NCBI RefSeq assembly: GCF_006345805.1 | Contig: NW_021834448.1 | Location: forward strand, 1-49,010 | Length of the DNA stretch: 49,010 bases | Direction of reading: 5' to 3' | Source of the DNA: Octopus sinensis | Lineage: Eukaryota | Shown here: positions 38,761-49,010 of the stretch, piece after piece | Layout of the letters: each line of letters starts with the position of its first letter | How positions within the stretch are numbered: the stretch's first letter is position 1 | Notes under the pieces: model-generated | The model's database searches: none | What the model was told of the DNA's origin: nothing | What the model saw: only the letters and a program-made list of their open reading frames with translations | Made by a program: the position numbers and the translations under genes

Positions 38761-39397
38761 GCTCACACACACATGTACTCTGTGTCTGGGTTGCGAATGT
38801 ATCGCCGTGGATCATATATCCGAGCGGCGGCTTTCGAATATATACACACACATATATATTCATATATATATATATACATACATACATACACATATACTCT
38901 TAGTTTGTGCTTGTGTGTGTGTGTGTGTATGCATATGTAAGACACAAACATGGCTGCAATACTGAGAGGTCCAGTGGCCTGAACACACAAGCGCAAGAAA
39001 CCTAGTCGGCCCCAGAATATTGAGTTCTTTTTATTTTTTTCTGTAGACGTAAAGTGATTTTGTGCTGTACTGCTTACATATTTCATCGATCTCTGATCAA
39101 TAAAAGAAGATATTACTGCTCATCGATTTAGCTCATTCGTCTTCCCTCTGCGCAGGAAGCATTAAGACCAACAACACAATAATGGAGCTTTAAGTGGCAA
39201 ATGACCTACTAGAGATAGAAGTCAAGTTTTCCTCATGTCATATGATATAGTATTGAAAGTTGATAGACACATTAGATAATGTAGTTCTAGATTTTCGTTG
39301 TTTGGGGGAAGAATATCAAAAGGGGAATAAGACACAGACAATTGGATTACATGAGAAGATTGCAGCAAAAATTGAAATGGTGGTAAGCAAATGTAAG

Positions 39398-39449
<52 letters not shown>

Positions 39450-39926
39450 TAAAAAGCTGTGCACAGTGAATTGTTCACCGATATAAATATATGAAAAGAA
39501 AAGCAAAAATAGACTGACGTTTCGGCTGAGCGCTTTACAAAAACAGAGCAATAAGGCAGTTAAAAAGAACAGGAAAAGAAATGAAACCCGTTTAAAGCGA
39601 GTGTATACCTTTCAACTAAATGCTACATGTATATATATATACCATTATTCAGTTTATTTCAAGATTTCTTGCCAATAGAGAAAGAACCGGTTACTAACCT
39701 AGATCCAAGGCTTCTTTGGAATTTCAACATCAACAACAGGGTATTTTTGTATGTATGTATGTATGTATGTATGTATGTATGTATGTATGTATGTATGTAT
39801 GAAATATAAACAACACCTGTAACTGCAAAAAACCTTGTAAGAAATACATATTCTCAAATTGTTTTACTTGATTTAGAAATGCAATATATTTCTTTTCCCA
39901 TAAATAGTTTCTAATTTTCACTTTCA

Positions 39927-39966
39927 CGCATAGACTGTTTCGACGTTTTGTGTCATCTTCAGTGCA
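39927..39966 (-). ncRNA. Compact hammerhead-like motif
   Basis: Stem I UGCA/UGCG; CUGAAGA(U); GAC/GUC stem II; GAAA; eroded stem III; CUA triplet. Confidence 0.5.
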
Positions 39967-41036
39967 GCATGATCCGGAGAAATAAAAACTTGTGGTATAT
40001 ACGCAATATTCCACAAGAACATATAAGAAAAAAAATAGATTAAGATATTCGTTAAATATTGAAGAAGATCATTAGGCCATTTCATTCTGGATAAGAACTG
40101 AAGACAGATATATAGGTTGGAAAAACAATTTGACCATCCACAGTATATCTTCCCAGGCAAGGCTTTTAGGGACTGTAGCAAAGAGACTTCTACACATACA
40201 CACACGCATACACATACACAGACATACACACACACGCACTCGCACACAAATGCACGTGAGCACGCATGCACAAAAATGTGGGTAGTTTGATCACAACACT
40301 GTGAACAAAACGAAATATTCGTCGATTCTGGGATGTCTTCACTCTTAACGGCGGTTAACTGTTTCATTTTGTAGTAATTGTTTATAAATAATTCGAATTA
40401 ATCAAGTGTCTTCTTTATACAGACATAGCACTATGGCGGAGACGAAATCGAAACTTTTGATCATCCGTTGTTCAGTGTTCTAGATACTAGAAATTTAGTC
40501 AAATGTGACAAGATGACATAATAAATGTTTATTAAATCCATTCAACCGTTTGACACTTTAAATAACTTCAGATTTCGTGCTATTCAATTGTAGCCAGACA
40601 CAAAATGTCTACATTAATCCACTGAGCAGACGATTAATTCACTAAGCAGACGACACAAAGCAGTAAATTAAAAATAAATAAAAATGAAAAAGAAATATTT
40701 GCATGTGTGTGTGTTTGCGTGTGTATGTGTGTATGAGTTTGTGTGCGCGCGCGCGCGCGTGTGTGTGTGTGCACGAGCGTTTGCGTCGGTGACAGTTTTA
40801 CTGAGTTGATTGGTATATACATATATGTGTATTTACATGTGTGTGTGTTTATGTGCGTGTGTGTGTGTGGGTGGGGGAGAGCGTGTTTAAATGAATGTAC
40901 AAAATTTTAAAATGAACATCATCAATCCAAAATTATCTCTGCATCGCATTCATAAATGATTTTCTATTTCCACCTTTTTCATGATGTTTGATTAGAAACG
41001 GTATTTATTCAACAACAGCAACAGCAGCAGTGACAG

Positions 41037-41094
<58 letters not shown>

Positions 41095-41460
41095 TATTTA
41101 AGAGAGAGAAACGTTCAATTGAACAGAAACTTAGCGATAAGATGATGACAACGACGCCATATTGAACAAACGCTCGGTTATCTTTTCTAATCAGACGAGA
41201 CGCGTGTCTTGATATAAGCCGTTGATTGCAATCTCGTTTCAGTGTTATGAATGTGTCAAAATATGATGTCTCTCTCTTCTATGAAAGTACAAATAAATAA
41301 AGTTTTATGCATACGGTAAGTTTAGATCTATTGTACGAGTTTGTCCATGAAATGTTGAATTCGCACAAGCAGATAAGCACACAAACACACAATCATACAC
41401 CAACGCACAACTTCACACACACACAAAACAATAAATAATATGAATATCAGATTTGGGTTT

Positions 41461-41662
<202 letters not shown>

Positions 41663-41796
41663 TTCTCTCTTTCTCTTTCTCATATATATATATATTATAT
41701 ATACATACACATATAACTGAGCCCGACGAGCTAGGTTTCTGTAAGAAGTCTATGAAACCTTAAATTGCGTGGGGCCGAATCAGACAGTTTTTAGAC

Positions 41797-41846
<50 letters not shown>

Positions 41847-41878
41847 TAACAATAATAATAATAATATTAATAATAATG

Positions 41879-41909
<31 letters not shown>

Positions 41910-41932
41910 TAACAATAACAATAATAATAATA

Positions 41933-41982
<50 letters not shown>
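41797..41982. repeat. (AAT)n microsatellite
   Basis: Visible. Confidence 0.95.
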
Positions 41983-42357
41983 GTATAAATGCGTAAGTGC
42001 ATAAGCATAAACATAAATATTACATATACATGCGTATGTGTGTGCATGGTATACACACACACACACACATACACATACATATAGTTATGAGAATAATGTC
42101 TGTGCATCTCTCTCTCCCTTTCTTGCCCTCCATATCTGTATGGGTGCGTGCGTGTCCGCGCACGCGCGCGCGTGTGTGGAGTAACATACATGAATGCATA
42201 TATAGATTATATAAGATGTAGGTGGTATCTTTAATAACACACGTTTCTTTGTCTTCTGTCCTTGCTGGCACGTGCTTCTATAAGTAGACATGAAGTTTCA
42301 TAATGCATGGTCTTACGCCGATACATATATACACCCATTCATACATTGATACATGTT

Positions 42358-42388
<31 letters not shown>

Positions 42389-44650
42389 ATATACAAGCAC
42401 ACACATATGTATATGCGTGCGTGTGTGTGTGTGCTGTGTGACACAAATACAAACCAAGAAACATAGATACGTATTATAAGTTGTCTGGTTGCTTAATTAC
42501 CCGATAAGATGTTTAATTGTTTTCGGGTAAGTATATGCTGATGGCATGTTATTCAATTTATATTTTTTCTTTTTAGACGCAATTACGCGTGAAATGTATT
42601 TTGCTGCAAAGGGCGATCGTGCGGCGGTTGGCTTTGAATTTGCACGTTTCTCTTGCTGGTTTCATAATCTAGTGTTAACTAGTGTTCTCATGCATATCAA
42701 TATATAAAATTATTGCGACCTCGAATAGCAACCCGGCACCAGATCTTCGCTAATTTCTTTTCGTTAGCGATTCCATTTATTTATTATCTATCTGTTTCTA
42801 CATTTCATTATCTTTATCTCTATCTAAACATCTATCTACAGATCTATCAATGAACGTGTATGTATGGATGTATTTATGTGTGTACAAATATGTATGTTTG
42901 TGTTTATGTATACATGAAGATATGTATGTATGCATGTATATGTGTTTGTATGTATGTATACATCTATATATCTATACATGTATATATGTATACATACATA
43001 TAAATGTATATGTATGTATGTATGTTATGTATGTATGTATGTATGTATGTATGTATGTATGTATGTATGTATGTATGTATGTATTATGTGTGTATGTCTG
43101 TCTGTCTATATGTATGTCTTTTAATTATTTGAACTCTTCCTTTGAGGAGAGATCTGATTTCTAAAAACGAAGCGACTCCATTGCCGGAATTTGGGAAAAG
43201 AAAAAAACAAGAAACAATGACTGTATTCTATGTTGAACTTTGGAAACGTTTTGCCTATTCTTTGCTATTCTGACTGCATTTGCCGAGTGCATGTTATTTA
43301 GCTATTTTCTTTACTAAAAGTCTTGGTCATTTAGACCTTTAACAAATTTACCAAATACACCAATAATTAAAAATGCAAATGTACGTGTATATGCCACAGA
43401 ACCTCCCGAAATTAGACATCAATATCTAAGCAAACAGAAAACCGAACAGACTATGAATCCATAAACACTTTCCATTTTACAAGAAGGAAGAACAACCCAG
43501 AATAACGAGACTAAGATATACCTTCACACTCGAACGTAATATATGTGCATTCCCATCATCAGCTACCCAAACAGATATCACTGTGGTTTCGACACCTAGG
43601 CAGTACTATTCAATCCGGAGGAGATCACTGTTAAAAATATAAACGTTGCCTGCGAATATTTTATGTAGTGAAGCTGACCAAAAATGGTCAATTTCTTACT
43701 GGGCTTGAAAACAATGAATGTATGCTTTTTTTTATCTTTTACTTGTTTCATTTGCGGCCAAATTGGGGCACCGCCTTAAAGGGTTTTAGTCTGCATATAT
43801 GTATATATATATATATATATGAATCGATCTTTTAAAAATAATTTAAATTCTTCCTATAAAAGAAATGAGCTGATTTAGGACAATGAAACAAAGCCCTTTC
43901 GCTGGAATTTCCATCACAGAATCGCAAACTTTATTTTAGAAGAAACGTAACCTTCACTTATTTTACAAATTGTCCTGCATATCTTTTTACTGTTCTCCAA
44001 ACGAATCGTATTTACAAAGTGTGTGTTAGCTGGTTATTTTCTTTGCCTGAGACCCCTGTCTTTTCGAGGCTGTCATACACACGCACACATGCACACATAC
44101 GTGCGCACACACTCGCGCGCGCGCATTCTATCACAAACTGTCTCTTAGTCTTCCTCAAATCCAATCTTAATCACGTCTAAGAAAAGGACACATCTGCCAC
44201 TGGGTTTCCTGCATAAAGGAAAAAGACAGGGTGGGCTTGGTTGGAACGCCATAAGGTCTGCTTGATCAGGCTGACATGGTGCACTACAACAACAGCTTCA
44301 TCATTTCTGCCATCTAATCACGGGTGTCATTAAAACCGTTTTACCCGTCCCCTGGTCTATCTAAGAATACAATAGCTAATGTGCACTTCCCTTTTTCATG
44401 ACGGTAGGATGTTGTCTGACGGACATTTGGTTAGCATTTCTAGCAAGATTGGTGTCCGCCAAGTAATTCCCTCTTTGGCTCTTCATCGTCGTCATCGTTG
44501 CTGTTATTGTGCAGTCCCAAAATAATTCTGATAAACATAGTTGTTGATAGTGGTGTTGCTGTTTGACCGTTGGTCAAGTAAACCTCAAGAGGTCAAACGC
44601 ATTTCATCCGTCCCCTTTTGTCCCTATTTGCAACGAAACTAAATTCATAT

Positions 44651-44878
44651 TCTCTTTTACTCTTTAACTTGTCTCGGTCATTTTTGACTGCAGCCATGCT
44701 GGAGCACCACCTTCAGTCGAATAAATCGACCCCTGGACTTATTCTTTGTAAGCACTGGTACTTATTCTATCTGTTACTTTTGCCGAACCAAGTTATGGGG
44801 ACGTAAACACACCAACATCGGTGTCAAGCGATGGTGGGGGTACAAACACAGACACACAAATACACACACACACACACA
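44651..44878 (-). mobile_element. SINE family A, 3' half, diverged
   Basis: gccatgctggagcaccac..tttgccgaacc..aaacacaccaacatcgg. Confidence 0.8.
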
Positions 44879-45082
44879 TACGGTACTACCTCGTTTTTCG
44901 AGCAGCTCTAATCACGAATAAATCGTGCTTTATCTCCTCTTTTTCTCAAATTCATTTAATACAGAAGTAACTCGGTTATATATATATAGGGAGAATTCAC
45001 AAAAAAACCCCAACAAAAACGAAGACAGGTATTGTAGACAACAAACAAATGTATTAGTTTAACGCTCAGGAAGTGAAAATGT

Positions 45083-45118
45083 CTTTAACGTTTCCAGCCT
45101 ACGCTCTTCTACAGAAAG
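45083..45118 (-). ncRNA. Variant minimal hammerhead-like motif (copy A1)
   Basis: CUUU/AAAG stem I; CUGUAGAA; (G)AGC-GUAG-GCU(G); GAAAC-GUU. Confidence 0.45.
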
Positions 45119-45547
45119 GAACACAGAAAGAAACAAGGAGAGAAAATAAAGAATGTGTAGTGGCTAGCGATCTATCATGACGAATGCCGGACAGAAGGGT
45201 AAAAAGCAGAAAGTGCATAAAAAGTTTAGAAAGTATAAAAGAGTTACGTAAAGTTCAAAAGGTTCAAAAACTTCGAACATCGTGGTGTATTGGAGCGATT
45301 TTATCAACAGAGGAGTCCAGTGTATCCATGGACAGGAGAGGTGCAGCTGAAGTGTAGTAGAAAGTCCAGGTAGAGAATCCGTAAAAGTTCGTTGGGTAAT
45401 GAGAGGAGACAGGATCAACTGGTGCGACCACGTGAGCGTGTAATATACGGGGAGAATTCACAAAACAAAAACAAAAACAAAAGACGAACACAGGTGGTGT
45501 AGACACCAAACAAATGTATTAGTTTAACGCTCGGGAAGCGAAAATGT

Positions 45548-45582
45548 CTTTAACGTTTCCAGCCTACGCTCTCTACAGAAAG
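45548..45582 (-). ncRNA. Variant minimal hammerhead-like motif (copy A2)
   Basis: CUUU-CUGUAGA-GAGC GUAG GCUG-GAAAC GUU-AAAG. Confidence 0.45.
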
Positions 45583-46141
45583 GAACACAGAAAGAAACAA
45601 GGAGAGAAAATAAAGAATGTGTAGTGGCTAGCGATCTATCATGACGAATGCCGGACAGAAGGGTAAAAAGCAGAAAGTGCATAAAAGTTAGAAAGTATAA
45701 AAGAGTTACGTAAAGTTCAAAAGGTTCAAAAACTTCGAACATCGTGGTGTATTGGAGCGATTTTTCATCAACAGAGGAGTCCAGTGTAATCCATGGACAG
45801 GAGAGGTGCAGCTGAAGTGTAGTAGAAAGTCCAGGTAGAGAATCCGTAAAAGTTCGTTGGGTAATGAGAGGAGACAGGATCAACTGGTGCGACCACGTGA
45901 GCGTGTAATATACGGGGAGAATTCACAAAACAAAAACAAAAACAAAAGACGAACACAGGTGGTGTAGACACCAAACAAATGTATTAGTTTAACGCTCGGG
46001 AAGCGAAAATGTCTTTAACGCTTCCAGCCTACGCTCTTCCACAACAGGAACACAGAAAGAAACAAGGAGAAACAATAAAGAATGTATAGTGGCTAGCGAT
46101 CTATCATGACGAATGCCGGACAGAAGGGTAAAAAGCAGAAA

Positions 46142-46181
<40 letters not shown>

Positions 46182-46184
<3 letters not shown>

Positions 46185-46405
46185 GGATAAATGTAAAAAA
46201 AACACAAACTGGGACAAGAACGCAAAACATTTAGAAGATGATACAAAAAAAAACGGACGGGACATTCGAAGCCTTCGATCTTCAGTCAAAAACCGGATCA
46301 TCTTCGCAATTTCGGCTGATTAATTTTGAGATTGCTCCGACCTGGGCAGCCCCAAAGGAAAATATAAGCCAAGCGCATTAGATTCCTTGGAAGAAAGCCT
46401 CGAAT
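46182..46405. mobile_element. Unclassified repeat fragment between (TA)n tracts
   Basis: Non-microsatellite block bounded by TA arrays; contains a CUGAAGA..CGAA remnant on the minus strand. Confidence 0.35.
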
Positions 46406-46423
46406 ATATATATATATATATAT

Positions 46424-46513
46424 CCCTTCTTTCCTGAGCGTCAAATAATACTTTAATTGTTCCACGTCCTCGCGTTGGTGTGTTTTTTTCTGTGTTTTCT
46501 TGTTTGGATTAAC
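46424..46513 (+). mobile_element. Fragment related to block A of the 45-kb array, opposite orientation
   Basis: TTCCTGAGCGTCAAATAATAC resembles the reverse complement of GTATTAGTTTAACGCTCAGGAA (45051-45072). Confidence 0.4.
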
Positions 46514-46861
46514 TATATATATATATATATGAGAAAACGTAAGTTCAAATTCAAAAAGAACATTTCAAACTTTTTGGGGGATCCAAAAAGAAAGAAGGGG
46601 TGATTTCTAATAAGGATTCACCATATTCATGAAAATCAGCCATAACAGGTAAAAGAGTATTTGAGGAGATTCGTTATAGTATAAGAATATAACAATAACG
46701 AATCTCCTCAAATATATATATATATATATAGTATATATATATATATATATATACATAAATATGTAAATATATACAAATATATATACATATATACATATAT
46801 AGACACACACACACACACACATACATACATACATACATATATATAATATATATATTATATA

Positions 46862-46892
<31 letters not shown>

Positions 46893-46894
<2 letters not shown>

Positions 46895-47053
46895 CGATTG
46901 GCTTCTTTCAGTTTCCATCTACCAAATCCATTCACACGGATTTGGGGCCCGAAGCTATGATAGAAGACATTGTCCAAGATGCCATGTGGTGGGAATGAAC
47001 CCAGAACCATGAAGTTGAGAAGCAAGCTTCTTACCACACAGCCGCGCCTGCAC
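46893..47053 (-). mobile_element. SINE family A, 5' half, diverged
   Basis: ggcttctttcagtttcc..cttaccacacagcc. Confidence 0.8.
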
Positions 47054-47793
47054 CATCACCAACATTATTATTTTCTCTGACGATTTGATCGTAATTTGAG
47101 GGATAATTTACTGCTATTTCTAGCAACTGAACGATCACTTAGAAGCTTCCTCGTTGGCTTCCTATTGATGTTGCTTGTAGTGATGGTGGTGGTGGTGGTG
47201 ATGGTAGGAGTTGTGCTGCAGCTGTTGCAGTCACGGTGGTGGCTGAGGTGATGTCGGTGCTCTTACTGGTGGTCCTCATTGAATACCTACTGTTGTTCAT
47301 GTTGCTGCTGTTGCTGCTGCAACAGGTAGCACTGGGGTTCATGACGATGACGACGATGATTAAGATTTTGATGATGATTATGGTGATGATGATGATGTTA
47401 TTATGACGGTGATATTAGACTAAAAACAAAGAGCAAAAAGAAATAAAAGTGAGGGTGGAGAACAACAGCCAAGGGAAACAACAGCTGTTGAGACGAACGT
47501 GCAACGAGCAGCAACGAAAACAACAATAACGAAAGCATTAACAGCAAGGAATCATTAGAACATGAAAAGTAACAAGATGAAGAATAAGAATAAGAAGAAT
47601 ATCTGAATTAAACACCAGGCCAGTAATTTCTTTTTAGGGGAGGTGGCTTTGTCGATAAGAACAACACTAGTTTCGGGACTGGTGTTGTAGTTTATCGTTT
47701 CAGAAAAAAGTGGGTCTGTAAAATGCGAAGGGCACTGCCTTTCACCTTTCCATTTTTCCATATATGGATATATGTATAGGCGTATACATATAT

Positions 47794-47838
<45 letters not shown>

Positions 47839-47864
47839 TATATATATATAATATATATATATAG

Positions 47865-47898
<34 letters not shown>

Positions 47899-47900
<2 letters not shown>

Positions 47901-48060
47901 GGGAGTAAACACATAAATGTGAAACAAGGTGGACAAAAGAGTACTCAAATAACAGGGGTAGAGTAATATGTTTTATTTAAAAGCAGCAGAAATTCAACAA
48001 AACCTGTTACTCGGAATTTCACGTTCCCCTTCGCCGGACAGTTTTGCTAATTAGAACCGA
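47899..48060 (-). mobile_element. pLTR-like fragment with degenerate hammerhead (48004-48041), between (TA)n tracts
   Basis: CUGU/ACAG stem I; CCGGCGA; AGG-GGAA-CGU; GAAA; UUC-C-GAG; GUA. Confidence 0.5.
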
Positions 48061-48066
48061 TATATA

Positions 48067-48104
<38 letters not shown>

Positions 48105-48108
<4 letters not shown>

Positions 48109-48453
48109 TTCCGGGTTCAGTCCCACTGCGTGGCATCTTGGGCAAGTGTCTCCTATAGCGACCAATGCCTTGTGAGTGGATTTGGTAACGGAAACTGAAA
48201 GAAGCCTGTCGTATATATGTATATATATATATAATATGTGTGTGAATATGTTTGGTGTGTCTGTGTTTGTTCCCCTAGCATTGCTTGACAACCGATGCTG
48301 GTGTGTTTACGTCCCCGTCACTTAGCGGTTCGGCAAAAGAGACCGATAGAATAAGTACTGGGCTTACAAAGATAAGTCCCGGGGTCGATTTGCTCGACTA
48401 AAGGCGGTGCTCCAGCATGGCCGCAGTCCAAACTGAACAAGTAAAAAGAAAAA
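48105..48453 (+). mobile_element. SINE family A lacking the A-box head
   Basis: Reverse-complement match to 23239-23590. Confidence 0.88.
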
Positions 48454-48562
48454 GATATATATATATATATATATAAATATATATATATATGCATATAGTT
48501 TGTTTATAGATATATATATAACTATATGTTATATATATACGTATACATAATATATATATCTA

Positions 48563-48605
<43 letters not shown>

Positions 48606-48680
48606 ACAGACATATCTGTATATATATAAATATATATACATACATATATATACACATCTATATACATATATATGTATATA
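48454..48680. repeat. (TA)n-rich microsatellite
   Basis: Visible. Confidence 0.92.
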
Positions 48681-49010
48681 TACACAATAATAACACATAA
48701 TAATAGTAATATTATTCTCCGATTTAAAACCACATTTATCTAAACAATTCACTGAAAAGTGATGAGCTAACTTTCAATCAATTGTTTACATAAGTTGTTT
48801 ATATATAAATCGTTTAGATAAACTCTTTTGATATATTATTATTGTTTAGATATAAATTGTCGAGATATATTATCATTATCATTATTATTGTTGTTGTTGT
48901 TGTTGTTGCTGCTGCTACCGCTGCCGCCGCAGTTGTTGTTGTTGTTGTTGTTGTGTTGTTATTGTTATCATTGTATAAAACACTTTAGTATTAATAGTCG
49001 TTTTTTTTTC

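Larger units (their letters stand above)
44989..46147 (-). mobile_element. Tandem A-B-A-B-A element (period 461-465 bp); each A block carries a hammerhead-like motif (pLTR/retrozyme-like)
   Basis: GAGAATTCAC at 44991, 45452 and 45917; duplicated ORFs in the track; (TA)n on both sides. Confidence 0.8.

Noticed and set aside
39640-39750. Possible LINE 3' terminus with hairpin GCCT..AGGT and AACCGGTT palindrome
   Set aside because: Both hammerhead core halves are missing, and the family assignment cannot be supported from this window.
44989-46147. CRISPR-like repeat-spacer array
   Set aside because: Eukaryotic context, 230-bp repeats and near-identical 'spacers'.
46260-46292. CUGAAGA..CGAAUGUC motif on minus strand
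   Set aside because: Lacks GAAA and stem I; at most a dead relic, not counted.

Overview
AT-rich eukaryotic DNA dominated by microsatellites and transposon remnants, with no host protein-coding gene I can support. Almost all ORFs in the track are translations of (TA)n, (CA)n, (GA)n, (TAA)n, (TATC)n or (TACA)n. The SINE families and repeat landscape look like octopus/cephalopod DNA; this is inference from pattern recognition, not a database result. Recognisable elements: two R4/Dong-like (RLE-clade) LINE remnants, a decayed near-full-length mariner, two copies of an L1/Tx1-clade LINE, a Penelope-like element (GIY-YIG remnant plus hammerhead-bearing terminal region), a probable Gypsy remnant with 3' LTR, a CR1/L2-like fragment, one clear and one possible non-autonomous Helitron, about 13 tRNA-derived SINEs or fragments in 3 families, and a set of GG-terminated TIR elements (8-bp TSDs in several copies, Merlin-like), most carrying internal TTAGGG tracts. 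The most unusual signal is about 9 type I hammerhead-ribozyme-like motifs from about 7 unrelated sequence contexts between 27 and 48 kb. They include one at the tip of a 145-nt G.U-rich rod and a tandem ~465-bp retrozyme-like array whose chimeric junction falls at the predicted cleavage site. All folds were paired by eye and activity is untested.
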